Below the pieces are notes generated by a model, which was given only the letters and a program-made list of their open reading frames with translations, was not told the DNA's origin and did no database searches. The position numbers and the translations under genes are program-made. From contig JALRFG010000001.1 in NCBI GenBank assembly GCA_023253795.1, positions 1 to 42,926 of the forward strand: DNA of 42,926 nt, written 5' to 3'. Positions 10,320 through 20,459 of the stretch are shown here, in pieces; position 1 is the first letter of the stretch; each line of letters opens with the position of its first letter. Origin of the DNA: Methylocystis sp. (GTDB lineage Bacteria > Pseudomonadota > Alphaproteobacteria > Rhizobiales > Beijerinckiaceae).

Positions 10320-10883
10320 ATGGCGCGCAAAGCTCAAACGCCTCGAAAAGCTCCAATTCGTTCGGCTCCCGTTCGTTCGGCTCCCGCGAAAAATCCGTCT
10401 GGCATTGACGCCACTCTGCTGAAAACCATCGCTGCGCTTGTCGCCGATAGCGATCTGACGGAATTCGAAGTTCAGAAAGGCGATCTGCACATTCGCGCCG
10501 TTCGTACGCCGGCTGCGCCCGCCAGCGTCACCTACGCCGCGCCGACGCCGACGCAAGTCGTTCATGCCGCCCCCGCCCCCGCGCCTGTGTCGACGCCCGT
10601 CGCTGCGTCGCGCATGGCTGCTGACCCCGCAAAGCCGGATTACGCCGAGGCCAACGCCGTTAAATCGCCGATGGTCGGCACCGCCTATCTGCGTCCCAAT
10701 CCCGACTCCAAACCCTTTATCGAGATTGGAACGCGCGTGTCGGTCGGCGACAAGCTGCTGCTGATCGAGGCGATGAAAACCTTCAACGACATCACCGCGA
10801 CGAAGGCGGGCATCGTCACCGCCATCATGGTCGACGACGGTCAACCAGTCGAATATGGCGAACCGCTTCTCGTGATCGAATAG
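10320..10883 (+). CDS. accB: Acetyl-CoA carboxylase biotin carboxyl carrier protein
   Basis: SPMVGTAY, biotinylation motif EAMK, Pro/Ala linker. Confidence 0.96.
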   Translation: MARKAQTPRKAPIRSAPVRSAPAKNPSGIDATLLKTIAALVADSDLTEFEVQKGDLHIRAVRTPAAPASVTYAAPTPTQVVHAAPAPAPVSTPVAASRMAADPAKPDYAEANAVKSPMVGTAYLRPNPDSKPFIEIGTRVSVGDKLLLIEAMKTFNDITATKAGIVTAIMVDDGQPVEYGEPLLVIE

Positions 10884-10891
10884 GCCGGCTG

Positions 10892-12250
10892 ATGTTCGAC
10901 AAGATCCTCATCGCCAATCGTGGCGAAATCGCGCTTCGTATCCTTCGCGCCGCCAAAGAGCTGGGGATCGCCACCGTCGCGGTGCACTCCACCGCCGACG
11001 CAGATGCGATGCATGTGAAGCTTGCCGATGAGTCGGTGTGCATCGGCCCGCCGTCAGCGCGCGACTCCTATCTCAATATCCCGGCGCTGTTATCGGCCTG
11101 TGAAATCACCGGCGCCGACGCCGTGCATCCCGGCTATGGCTTCCTGTCGGAAAACGCGCGCTTCGCTGAAATTCTCGAAGAGCACAACATCACCTTCATC
11201 GGTCCGAAATCGGAACATATCCGTTTGATGGGCGACAAGATCGAAGCCAAGTCGACCGCCAAACGACTTGGCATTCCCTGCGTGCCCGGTTCGGATGGCC
11301 CGGTGCTGAGCGAGAAGGAAGCGCTCAAGGTCGCCGACAAGATCGGCTTTCCGGTGCTGGTGAAAGCCGCATCCGGCGGCGGCGGTCGCGGCATGAAGGT
11401 CGCGCATGACCGCAGCGAACTCGCCAACGCCATCGCGACGGCGCGCACCGAAGCAAAAGCGGCGTTTGGCGACGACACGGTCTATATTGAGAAATATCTC
11501 GGCAAACCGCGCCACATCGAAATCCAGATTTTCGGCGACGGCAAAGGCGAAGCCGTGCATCTGGGCGAGCGCGACTGCTCTTTGCAGCGCCGCCATCAGA
11601 AAGTTTTCGAGGAAAGCCCCTCGCCCGCACTCAACGACACGCAACGTCGCGAAATCGGCGAAGTCTGCGCCAAGGCGATGCGCGATCTGCAATATGCCGG
11701 CGCCGGCACAATCGAGTTCCTCTACGAGAACGGCGAGTTCTATTTCATTGAAATGAACACCCGCATTCAGGTCGAACATCCGGTGACGGAATCAATCACC
11801 GGCGTCGATCTCGTCTGCGAGCAAATCCGCGTCGCCGCCGGTTCGCCGCTGTCTCTCAAGCAGGAAGATATCTGGTTTTACGGCCACGCTATCGAATGCC
11901 GCGTCAACGCCGAACACGCCACGACGTTCCGTCCTTCGCCGGGCCGCATTTCCTATTATCATCCGCCGGGGGGCGTTGGCGTGCGCGTCGATTCCGCTGT
12001 CTATCAGGGCTACGCTATTCCGCCGAATTACGACTCGCTGATTGGCAAGCTGATCGTGCATGGCCGCAATCGCACCGAGGCGCTGATGCGTCTGCGCCGG
12101 GCGCTCGACGAATTCATCGTCGACGGCATCGACACCACTCTGCCGCTGTTCCGCACGCTGGTGCGTAACGCCGATGTGCAAAACGGCGTTTACGACATTC
12201 ACTGGCTGGAGCATTTTCTGGCGACGGGCGGAATCGAGACTGGATTCTGA
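10892..12250 (+). CDS. accC: Biotin carboxylase
   Basis: [49 protein letters not shown]. Confidence 0.98.
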   Translation: MFDKILIANRGEIALRILRAAKELGIATVAVHSTADADAMHVKLADESVCIGPPSARDSYLNIPALLSACEITGADAVHPGYGFLSENARFAEILEEHNITFIGPKSEHIRLMGDKIEAKSTAKRLGIPCVPGSDGPVLSEKEALKVADKIGFPVLVKAASGGGGRGMKVAHDRSELANAIATARTEAKAAFGDDTVYIEKYLGKPRHIEIQIFGDGKGEAVHLGERDCSLQRRHQKVFEESPSPALNDTQRREIGEVCAKAMRDLQYAGAGTIEFLYENGEFYFIEMNTRIQVEHPVTESITGVDLVCEQIRVAAGSPLSLKQEDIWFYGHAIECRVNAEHATTFRPSPGRISYYHPPGGVGVRVDSAVYQGYAIPPNYDSLIGKLIVHGRNRTEALMRLRRALDEFIVDGIDTTLPLFRTLVRNADVQNGVYDIHWLEHFLATGGIETGF

Positions 12251-12289
12251 TCCGCGAACCGGGAGCAATCCTGCGCCGGGGATGAATTG

Positions 12290-12976
12290 ATGTCGCGACG
12301 CGAGCAGCGCACCATCACGCCGCATCACGTTCTACGCGCCGATTCGGTTGGCCTCTTTCCCATGGCGGAGAGCGCCGAGGACAAGGAGTTGTTCTGGGTC
12401 GACCCGGAACAACGGGCGATTTTTCCGCTCGACGATTTTTCCGTCTCGCATTCGCTCGCCAAAACTATTCGCCGCGATCGTTTCGAGGTCACGGTCGATC
12501 AGGATTTCGATGCGGTCATCGCACATTGCGCGGCGCCGGCGAAGGATCGCGAAAATACCTGGATCAATGAAGAAATCCGGCGCCTCTATCGAGAACTTTT
12601 CGATATGGGCTTCGTTCATACGATTGAATGCCGTCGCGCGGGACGTCTTGTTGGCGGTCTTTACGGCGTCGCCCTACGTGGCGCTTTCTTCGGCGAAAGC
12701 ATGTTTCATCTTGAAACCGACGCATCGAAGGTCGCTCTCGCCCATCTTGTCGCGCGCTTGCGCGCCGGCGGCTTTTCCCTGCTCGACACGCAATTTATGA
12801 CGACGCATCTCGCATCACTGGGCGCGATTGAAATTTCCCGCGCCGTCTATCATCAGGCGCTGGAACAAGCCCTGACGGTTATCGCAGATTTTTATGTCTG
12901 GCCGCCGGATCAGCGGGTCACCGGCGCGCAAACGCTTGCCGCTCTACGCGATGAGGCGAATTTTTCCGGCTTCTGA
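12290..12976 (+). CDS. aat: Leucyl/phenylalanyl-tRNA--protein transferase
   Basis: GLFPMAE, TWIN, LVGGLYGV, FFGESMF, ASKVAL, LLDTQF. Confidence 0.95.
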   Translation: MSRREQRTITPHHVLRADSVGLFPMAESAEDKELFWVDPEQRAIFPLDDFSVSHSLAKTIRRDRFEVTVDQDFDAVIAHCAAPAKDRENTWINEEIRRLYRELFDMGFVHTIECRRAGRLVGGLYGVALRGAFFGESMFHLETDASKVALAHLVARLRAGGFSLLDTQFMTTHLASLGAIEISRAVYHQALEQALTVIADFYVWPPDQRVTGAQTLAALRDEANFSGF

Positions 12977-13026
12977 AAACTCTTCGTCTGACAGTTTGCG
13001 CAGTCCGTCAGGACATGTCGATGGGA

Positions 13027-13323
13027 TCAGATGGCTTCAAGCGCGGCCGTAGCGTCCTTCAACAACGCGGTAAGCGCATCCGGCAGATCGAGATAGCGGA
13101 AGCGTTTCAGTTCAAAGCCCATCGTCACCAATCCCCACGGCGGTTCATAGACCAGCATGGCGGGAACTTCGTGCAGCAGGACGACATATCGGCCATAGAG
13201 CGCCGTCTCGATCCGCTCGACCGTATAAAGCGCGCCAAGAGTAAGACCGCCGGCACCATGAGGGCCGGCGGAGGCGTCAATACAGATAATTTCAGTTCCG
13301 GGCGGCGTGTCGGCACGGATCAT
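13027..13323 (-). CDS. Hypothetical protein (98 aa), possibly phage-like small beta protein
   Basis: GGAG RBS; protein-like composition (ICID..LTLGALYTV...GF..RFR). Confidence 0.6.
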   Translation of the reverse strand: MIRADTPPGTEIICIDASAGPHGAGGLTLGALYTVERIETALYGRYVVLLHEVPAMLVYEPPWGLVTMGFELKRFRYLDLPDALTALLKDATAALEAI

Positions 13324-13362
13324 TTTAGGGCTCCCGTGCGCACCAGCGCAGCCAACCCGAAC

Positions 13363-13569
13363 TCACCAGAATTTCAGGAACCCGAACAGGCCCTGACGGC
13401 TCAGTTTTTTGGCGTCAAGGATTTTCAGTTGGTCGTAAATCCTGCGCGCATTCGCGCGCGCTTCGAGGAGTTCTTCGTCCGACACTTCGAAGTTAATCGC
13501 CGCGTGCTTGAGCTCACGACGCGCGGCGTCGAGCTTCGACTGGGCCTCGGCGATCCGGGCATGCAACAT
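13363..13569 (-). CDS. Hypothetical coiled-coil protein (68 aa)
   Basis: GGAG RBS; helical heptad pattern; amphipathic C-terminus GLFGFLKFW. Confidence 0.6.
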   Translation of the reverse strand: MLHARIAEAQSKLDAARRELKHAAINFEVSDEELLEARANARRIYDQLKILDAKKLSRQGLFGFLKFW

Positions 13570-13670
13570 TCAAATCTCCCAAAACTGGATTTTCGTGCAA
13601 CCAACCACAGGACAGAGGCGATCAGCCGCGTCTGATGCCTGTAAAAAGTCGCATCTGATGAAACGATAGG

Positions 13671-13744
13671 TGGAGGCCTCGTCCGGATTCGAACCGGAGT
13701 ACAAGGATTTGCAGTCCTCTGCGTAGCCACTCCGCCACGAGGCC
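13671..13744 (-). tRNA. tRNA-Cys (GCA)
   Basis: Reverse complement GGCCTCGTGGCGGAGTGGCTACGCAGAGGACTGCAAATCCTTGTACTCCGGTTCGAATCCGGACGAGGCCTCCA: acceptor stem, GCA anticodon, GGTTCGAATCC T-arm, encoded CCA. Confidence 0.97.
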
Positions 13745-13850
13745 ATCCATGTGCAGAACGCGATGCGTCCGGCTGGCGAAGCTCTTACAGGAGGGGGCGC
13801 CGGCCGGCAAGTGCGGGCGGCAAGCGCAAGAAATACGGGTGGTTTGGCCC

Positions 13851-14582
13851 CTACTCCTCGGCCCGAGAGGTCCATGTCGCATGCACGACGCCGGGCGTCT
13901 GCGCCAGCACTGTCGTCAGACGATCAAGGTCTTGCGCCCTGGCGCTGGTCGTCGCCAGAGTCGCGACCAGCTCAACCTCATTGTCGCGATAGATCTCGCG
14001 AATATCCCGCAACGGATAGGCTGCGGCTTCCAGCCCCTCAAGCAGCGTCTCGCGCACATCGTTCCGCCGGGCCTCGGTGGTGCAGACGCGCACCTCGATG
14101 GTGAGTTCGGTCGCGCTTTCGTCAATCGGCGCGCGCTCGATGTAATTCACCAAAGGACGCAGAAAAGTGTTGCCGATCAGAACAAAGGCGCACATCGCCA
14201 GCGCGCCGAGCGGATGGTCGGCCCCGGCGTAGGCGCCGGTGACGGCGGAACACCAGATGGTCGCGGCGGTGTTCAGTCCGCGCACATTCGCGCCGTCCTT
14301 CATAATGACGCCGGCGCCCAGAAAGCCGACGCCGGAGGCGATATAGGCGAGGACGCGGGTGGCGCCGTCATTGCCGGCCAGTTGCATCGCCAGATCAACG
14401 AAAGCCGCCGCGCCCAGCGCCACCAGCGCATTGGTCCGCAGGCCGGCGGTCCGCTGGCGATACTGGCGCTCGGCCCCGATGATCGTGCCCAGCAGGAGCG
14501 CGACAAGCAGGGAAACCAGCGTATTCAGGAACTCAATGTCCGAAAAATGCTGGGTTGCGGCTAATTTATCGATAATTCCCAT
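13851..14582 (-). CDS. mgtC: MgtC/SapB family membrane protein
   Basis: IGAERQYRQRTAGLRTNALV, SGVGFLGAGVI, GLNTAATIW, C-terminal ACT-like domain. Confidence 0.9.
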   Translation of the reverse strand: MGIIDKLAATQHFSDIEFLNTLVSLLVALLLGTIIGAERQYRQRTAGLRTNALVALGAAAFVDLAMQLAGNDGATRVLAYIASGVGFLGAGVIMKDGANVRGLNTAATIWCSAVTGAYAGADHPLGALAMCAFVLIGNTFLRPLVNYIERAPIDESATELTIEVRVCTTEARRNDVRETLLEGLEAAAYPLRDIREIYRDNEVELVATLATTSARAQDLDRLTTVLAQTPGVVHATWTSRAEE

Positions 14583-14760
14583 TTTATCAGCGCCTTAGCA
14601 TATCGCGCGCCCTGCCCGTATCGGGCGTTGACCCGGCGTTTGGACGGTCTGGTGCGGCATGGTCGATTTGACAGTCACGGCCGCATTCGCCCATTTAGCC
14701 GCCGCCGGCGGGGTCCGGGCGTCGCGTTTGGCGGGTGTCGCGTTTGGGAAGTAGCACACT

Positions 14761-17655
14761 ATGAATGTCGTAATCGTCGAGTCGGCGGCCAAAGCCCAAA
14801 CCATCAATAAATATCTGGGGCGCGATTTCAATGTGATCGCCTGCTACGGCCATGTCCGCGATCTGCCGCCCAAGGATGGCTCCGTCGACCCCGACAATGA
14901 TTTCGCGATGCTCTGGGAGATGGACGCCAAGGGCGCCAAGCGCGTCTCCGCCATCGCCGACGCCGTCAAGGGCGCCGACAAGGTCATCCTCGCCACCGAT
15001 CCGGATCGCGAAGGCGAAGCCATCTCCTGGCATCTTCTCGATATTCTGAACAAGAAACGCGTCCTCAAGGACAAGCAGATCGAACGCGTCGTCTTTAACG
15101 CCGTCACCAAGGACGCGATCAAGGAGGCGATGGCGCATCCGCGCCAGATCGATCAGGCGCTGGTCGACGCCTATCTCGCCCGTCGTGCGCTCGATTATCT
15201 TGTCGGCTTCAATCTGTCGCCGGTGCTGTGGCGCAAACTGCCGGGCGCGCGTTCGGCCGGACGCGTGCAGTCCGTGGCGTTGCGACTGGTCTGCGACCGC
15301 GAACTCGAAATCGAGAAGTTTGTCGCGCGTGAATATTGGTCGCTCGTCGCGCATCTGAAAACCAAAGACGGCGAGCCTTTCACCGCGCGCCTCGTTGGCG
15401 CCGACGGCAAAAAAATCTCGCAGCTCGACATTGGCGCGGGCGCAGAAGCCGAGGCGTTTAAACAAGCGCTCGACACGGCCAGCTTCTCAGTGCGCTCGGT
15501 TGAGGCCAAGCCCGCCCGGCGCCATCCTTACGCGCCCTTCACCACCTCGACCTTGCAACAGGAGGCCTCGCGCAAGCTGGGATTGGCGCCCGCCATCACC
15601 ATGCGCATTGCGCAGCGTCTTTATGAGGGTGTGGACATTGGCGGCGAGACCGCCGGTCTCATTACCTATATGCGAACCGATGGCGTCGACATGGCGCCGG
15701 AGGCGGTGGCCAGCGTACGCCGCGTGATCGGCAAGGAATATGGCGATCGTTTCGTGCCGCAGGTTCCGCGCAAATACACCGCGAAAGCCAAGAATGCGCA
15801 GGAAGCGCATGAGGCGATCCGCCCGACCGACGCGGCGCGTCTGCCCAAGCAGATGGCCAAATATCTGGAGCCGGAACAGGCCAAACTTTACGAACTCATC
15901 TGGAACCGCACCGTCGCCAGCCAGATGGAGTCCGCTGAATTCGAGCGCAACACCGTCGACATCGACGCGAAGGCCGGCGCACGTCATCTAGAATTACGCG
16001 CAACCGGTCAGGTCATGCGCTTTTCAGGCTTCCTGGAAATTTATCAGGAAGGCCGTGACGATGAGGATGATGAGGACGGCGGCCGTCTGCCTGCGATGAA
16101 TGAGGGCGAAGCCCTGTCGCGGGACAAGATTGACGCCACGCAACATTTCACCCAGCCGCCGCCGCGCTTCTCCGAAGCGACGCTCGTCAAGCGTATGGAA
16201 GAGCTGGGCATCGGCCGACCCTCGACCTACGCGTCGACGCTCGCCGTGTTGCGCGATCGCGATTATGTGCGCCTCGACAAGAAACGTCTTGTGCCGGAAG
16301 ACAAGGGGCGTCTCGTCGTCGCCTTTCTCGAAAGCTTCTTCTCGCGCTATGTCGAATTCGATTTCACCGCCAGTCTCGAAGAAAAGCTCGATCTCGTCTC
16401 CAACAATGAGATCGACTGGAAACAGGTGCTGCGCGATTTCTGGCAAGACTTCTCCGCTGCGGTGAATGAAACAAAGGATCTGCGCACCACGCAGGTTCTC
16501 GACAGCCTCAACGAATTGCTTGGCCCGCATATCTTCCCCGCCAAGGAAGATGGCTCCGATCCGCGCGCCTGCCCCGCGTGCAGCGCCGGACAATTGTCGC
16601 TGAAGGTCGGCAAATTCGGCGCCTTCATCGGCTGCTCGAATTATCCCGAATGTCGCTTTACGCGCACATTGTCGCCGCCAACCGGCGATGGTGCGGAAGG
16701 CGCGCGGCCCGGCGTTCGCGTTCTTGGTCAGGACCCCGAAAGCGGCGCGCAAATTACGCTGCGTGACGGTCGCTTCGGCGCCTATGTGCAGGCGGGCGAA
16801 CAAGAAGAAGGCGGCGAAAAGCCAAAGCGCGCCTCGCTGCCAAAAAACATCCGCGCAGACGAGCTAACTCTGCAACAAGCTCTCGCGCTACTCTCGCTGC
16901 CGCGCGAGGTGGCGAAGCATCCTACAAGCGGCGAACCGATCCTCGCCAATATCGGCCGTTACGGCCCCTATGTGCAGCATGGCAAAACCTACGCCAATGT
17001 CGGCCGTGACGACGATGTGCTGACCATCGGCGCCAATCGCGCCATCGATCTCATCGTGCAGAAAGAGTCCGGCGTCGGCGGATCGCGTTTTGGCCGCGCC
17101 GCCGATCCCGGTCGCGCGCTTGGCGATCATCCCGATGGCGGCGCCGTGACGGTGAAATCCGGACGTTTTGGCCCCTATGTGAATTGGGGCAAGGTCAACG
17201 CCACCATTCCCCGCGCTGTCGATCCGACGAACTTAACGCTGGAGCAGGCGCTGGAAATGATCGCCGCCAAAGCGGCGGGCGGCGGCGCCAGCGGCGGCAA
17301 GGCGCTGGGCGAACATCCCGAGGGCGGAGTCATCACGGTGCGCGCCGGACGGTTCGGTCCCTATGTCAATCTTGGCAAGATTAACGCCACTTTGCCAAAG
17401 AGCATGAGCGCCGATGACGTCACGCTGGAATACGCAATCAAGCTGATCGACGACAAGGGCGGGCCGCCAAAGAAGAAAACCGCCGCGAAGAAAGCGCCCG
17501 CCAAAAAAACGGCGGCCAAGGCAAAAAAGAAGATCGACGACAGCGACGAGACGCCTTTCGCCGATAGCGCGCCGGTGAAAAAAGCCGCGACCAAAAAGGC
17601 CGCCACAAAGAAAGCGACAGCCAAAAAGACACCGGCCAAAAAAACCGCGAAGTGA
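14761..17655 (+). CDS. topA: DNA topoisomerase I
   Basis: VIVES.AKA, ATDPDREGEAI, SAGRVQS, ITYMRTD, one Zn ribbon, four GRFGPYV-type C-terminal repeats, Lys/Ala tail. Confidence 0.98.
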   Translation: MNVVIVESAAKAQTINKYLGRDFNVIACYGHVRDLPPKDGSVDPDNDFAMLWEMDAKGAKRVSAIADAVKGADKVILATDPDREGEAISWHLLDILNKKRVLKDKQIERVVFNAVTKDAIKEAMAHPRQIDQALVDAYLARRALDYLVGFNLSPVLWRKLPGARSAGRVQSVALRLVCDRELEIEKFVAREYWSLVAHLKTKDGEPFTARLVGADGKKISQLDIGAGAEAEAFKQALDTASFSVRSVEAKPARRHPYAPFTTSTLQQEASRKLGLAPAITMRIAQRLYEGVDIGGETAGLITYMRTDGVDMAPEAVASVRRVIGKEYGDRFVPQVPRKYTAKAKNAQEAHEAIRPTDAARLPKQMAKYLEPEQAKLYELIWNRTVASQMESAEFERNTVDIDAKAGARHLELRATGQVMRFSGFLEIYQEGRDDEDDEDGGRLPAMNEGEALSRDKIDATQHFTQPPPRFSEATLVKRMEELGIGRPSTYASTLAVLRDRDYVRLDKKRLVPEDKGRLVVAFLESFFSRYVEFDFTASLEEKLDLVSNNEIDWKQVLRDFWQDFSAAVNETKDLRTTQVLDSLNELLGPHIFPAKEDGSDPRACPACSAGQLSLKVGKFGAFIGCSNYPECRFTRTLSPPTGDGAEGARPGVRVLGQDPESGAQITLRDGRFGAYVQAGEQEEGGEKPKRASLPKNIRADELTLQQALALLSLPREVAKHPTSGEPILANIGRYGPYVQHGKTYANVGRDDDVLTIGANRAIDLIVQKESGVGGSRFGRAADPGRALGDHPDGGAVTVKSGRFGPYVNWGKVNATIPRAVDPTNLTLEQALEMIAAKAAGGGASGGKALGEHPEGGVITVRAGRFGPYVNLGKINATLPKSMSADDVTLEYAIKLIDDKGGPPKKKTAAKKAPAKKTAAKAKKKIDDSDETPFADSAPVKKAATKKAATKKATAKKTPAKKTAK

Positions 17656-17791
17656 CCCGACGCTGGATGACAGGCTCTCATTGGGCCGGTCATTTCCGTC
17701 CGTCGGGGGTGTCGCGCCATAGGCCCGTTGGCGAAATCCGGTTTTCCTTCCTATATTGCGATCAGCCGCCGGAGATGACCGGCGCCAGAGA

Positions 17792-20077
17792 ATGAATTTG
17801 TCTTCCAAAAAACACCCGGAACTGCCCGCCCGCGACGAACTCCTCGCCTTTCTCGCCCGCGAGCGCGAAGCCCGCGCCGACGGCAAGGTCGGTGTGCGTG
17901 AAATCGCTCGTGCCTTTGGCCTCAAAGGCGAACATCGACTGGCGCTTAAACAAATGCTCGCCTCACTCGCCGCCGAGGGCGTGCTGGAGAAACGCGGCAA
18001 GCGCCTGACGCGCAAGGGCGCGTTGCCGCCCGTGACGCTCGTCGACATCGTCGAACGAGATCGTGATGGCGAACTGGTCGCTGTTCCTGTCGAATGGAAC
18101 GAGGAAGAGCTTGGCCCGCCGCCGCGCATCCATATCCGCGCGCCGCGTCGCGCCCGGCCGGGCGAACCCCTCCCCGGCGTCGGCGACCGGGCGCTGGCGC
18201 GCGCCGAACCCGATCACGACGCCGGTCCCAAAGACCCGCCCTATACGGGACGCGTCGTCAAACTTTTATCCCGCGCGCGACATCGCGTGTTGGGCGTGTT
18301 GCATATTGAAGCCAATGGCGGCGGACGCATTGTTCCGATCGACAAGAAACAGGCGGGACGTGAACTTGCTGTGGCCGCCGCCGATATCGGCGAATCCAAA
18401 CACGGCGATTTGGTCAGCGTCGATCTTGTCGGCAAGACGCGCTTTGGCGCCCCGCGCGCCCGAATTCGTGAGTCTCTTGGCTCCGTCACCAATGAAAAAG
18501 CCGTCAGCCTGATTGCGCTACGGGCGCATGACATCCCGGATGTGTTTCGTCCCGAAGCGATCGAAGAGTCTGAAAAAGCCAAACCCGCCACGCTTCAGGG
18601 ACGCGAGGACTGGCGCGATTTGCCGCTCGTCACCATCGACCCGCCGGACGCCAAGGATCACGACGACGCTGTGCATGCGACGCTTGATCCCGCGCAGGAC
18701 AATCCCGGCGGCTATATTCTCACTGTCGCCATCGCCGACGTCGCGCATTATGTGAAGCCTCACACGCCGCTTGACCGCGACGCGCTGGAGCGCGGCAATT
18801 CGGTGTATTTCCCCGATCGCGTCGTGCCGATGTTGCCCGAACGCATTTCAAACGATCTCTGTTCGCTGCGCGCGCTTGAGGATCGCCCGGCGCTCGCCGT
18901 GCGCATGCGCATCACCGCGAAAGGCAAAAAGCTCGATCACCGTTTCCATCGTGTGATGATGCGCTCCTGCGCCAAGCTTTCCTATCAGCAGGCGCAGGCC
19001 GCCATCGACGGCAAGCCGGACGACGCTACGCGTCCCTTGCTCGATAGCGTCCTGCGTCCGCTCTATGCCGCGCATGAAGCGTTGCGACAGGCCCGCGATC
19101 TGCGCGCGCCGCTTGATCTCGACTTGCCCGAGCGCAAGATCCTGCTGAAAAAAGACGGCACCTTCGACCGTGTCGTCCTTCCGCCGCGTCTCGACGCGCA
19201 TCGTCTGATCGAAGAATTCATGATCCTCGCCAATGTCGCGGCGGCGGAGACGCTGGAGGAGCATCGTCAGCAACTGATTTATCGCGCACACGACGAACCC
19301 TCGCGCGAGAAAGTGACGGCGCTCTCCGAATTTCTGGGAACGATTGGCGTCAAGCTCGCCAAGGGACAGGTTTTGCGGCCGGCGAATTTCAACGCCATCC
19401 TGTCGCAGATGAAGGGGCATGAGCACGAGAACATCGTCAATGAAATCATTCTGCGCACGCAGGCGCAGGCGGAATATACGAATGAAAACTACGGCCACTT
19501 CGGTCTCAACCTGCGGCGCTATGCGCATTTCACCTCGCCGATCCGTCGCTACGCCGATCTGATCGTGCATCGCGCGCTGATCCGGGCGCTGAAACTCGGC
19601 GAAGGCGCGCTCCCCGAGACGCCCGCCGGCGAACTCGCCGAAATCGCCGCGCGCATCTCCGCCGCCGAACGCCGGGCGATGGCCGCCGAGCGCGAAACAG
19701 TCGACCGGCTGATCGCCCATCATCTCGCAGACCAGATCGGCGCCCGCTTCGAGGCGCGGATCTCCGGCGTGACGAAGTCCGGGCTGTTCGTCCGCTTAAG
19801 CGATACAGGCGCGGACGGCTTCGTGCCGGCGGCGACGCTGGGGCGCGAATATTACGCCTATGACGAAGCCGCCCACGCCCTGACCTCGCGTTCGGGCGTC
19901 AGCTATCGCCTCGCCGACATGGTCGAGGTCCGGCTGATCGAGGCCGCCCCGATCGCCGGGGCGCTCAGATTCGAGGTGGTCGGCGGCGGCGGCAAACGCA
20001 CACCGCCCCCCTTCCGCAAGGGCGAGCGCGGGCGGGACAGGCCATCTGGAAAGAAATTCCGGGGAAGACGCCAGTAG
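17792..20077 (+). CDS. rnr: Ribonuclease R
   Basis: TIDPPDAKDHDDA, AIADV, HFTSPIRRYADL, C-terminal S1 domain. Confidence 0.96.
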   Translation: MNLSSKKHPELPARDELLAFLAREREARADGKVGVREIARAFGLKGEHRLALKQMLASLAAEGVLEKRGKRLTRKGALPPVTLVDIVERDRDGELVAVPVEWNEEELGPPPRIHIRAPRRARPGEPLPGVGDRALARAEPDHDAGPKDPPYTGRVVKLLSRARHRVLGVLHIEANGGGRIVPIDKKQAGRELAVAAADIGESKHGDLVSVDLVGKTRFGAPRARIRESLGSVTNEKAVSLIALRAHDIPDVFRPEAIEESEKAKPATLQGREDWRDLPLVTIDPPDAKDHDDAVHATLDPAQDNPGGYILTVAIADVAHYVKPHTPLDRDALERGNSVYFPDRVVPMLPERISNDLCSLRALEDRPALAVRMRITAKGKKLDHRFHRVMMRSCAKLSYQQAQAAIDGKPDDATRPLLDSVLRPLYAAHEALRQARDLRAPLDLDLPERKILLKKDGTFDRVVLPPRLDAHRLIEEFMILANVAAAETLEEHRQQLIYRAHDEPSREKVTALSEFLGTIGVKLAKGQVLRPANFNAILSQMKGHEHENIVNEIILRTQAQAEYTNENYGHFGLNLRRYAHFTSPIRRYADLIVHRALIRALKLGEGALPETPAGELAEIAARISAAERRAMAAERETVDRLIAHHLADQIGARFEARISGVTKSGLFVRLSDTGADGFVPAATLGREYYAYDEAAHALTSRSGVSYRLADMVEVRLIEAAPIAGALRFEVVGGGGKRTPPPFRKGERGRDRPSGKKFRGRRQ

Positions 20078-20112
20078 AGGCGTTATGGCCCGGCGGACGA
20101 GCCGCCTTTGGC

Positions 20113-20140
20113 TTGACATCCCGCGCTGCACACGTATGTT
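20113..20140 (+). promoter_or_regulatory. Candidate sigma70 promoter for rpmG
   Basis: TTGACA (20113-20118), 16-bp spacer, TATGTT (20135-20140). Confidence 0.55.
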
Positions 20141-20154
20141 GCGCGGCAATTCGG

Positions 20155-20189
20155 CCCCGTCGCGAACCCTGCGGCGGGGGCTCTTTTTT
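20155..20189 (+). terminator. Intrinsic terminator-like hairpin between rnr and rpmG
   Basis: CCCCGTCGC-gaaccct-GCGGCGGGG followed by TCTTTTTT. Confidence 0.55.
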
Positions 20190-20216
20190 GTTCTTTAACA
20201 GACCGGAACGAGAAAA

Positions 20217-20384
20217 ATGGCCAAATCCGCCATGATCAAGATCAAGCTCCTTTCCACGGCGGATACGGGCTTTTTTTACGTGACCAAGAAAAACGCGCGC
20301 ACCAAGACCGAGAAGTTCGTCTTCAAAAAATACGATCCGGTCGTGCGCAAGCATGTGGAATTCAAGGAAACCAAGATCAAGTAA
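20217..20384 (+). CDS. rpmG: 50S ribosomal protein L33 (Cys-free, zinc-independent form)
   Basis: Not in ORF track. Translates to [55 protein letters not shown]. Confidence 0.97.
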   Translation: MAKSAMIKIKLLSTADTGFFYVTKKNARTKTEKFVFKKYDPVVRKHVEFKETKIK

Positions 20385-20420
20385 GTCGCAAAAGCGACTG
20401 TTCCTGATCGACTGCTCCTG

Positions 20421-20448
20421 ATTTCCCGGCACGCCGGGAAATGATTTT
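20421..20448. terminator. Hairpin after rpmG (probable terminator)
   Basis: ATTTCCCGGC-ac-GCCGGGAAAT inverted repeat. Confidence 0.5.
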
Positions 20449-20459
20449 CACAATGCGTA

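Noticed and set aside
10350-10388. 15-bp tandem repeat GCTCC(A/C)(A/G)TTCGTTCG in the accB 5' end
   Set aside because: Short in-frame duplication in a disordered N-terminal extension; not a CRISPR or regulatory array
12330-12350. aat reads LRADSVG where LRAY..G is usual; dctA also shows an apparent extra Val (FCTVVVSG)
   Set aside because: Single-residue differences in otherwise intact ORFs; cannot be told from natural variation or sequencing error and are not evidence of pseudogenes
13015-13635. 206-aa plus-strand ORF next to tRNA-Cys
   Set aside because: Antisense to two minus-strand ORFs that have RBSs and more protein-like sequence
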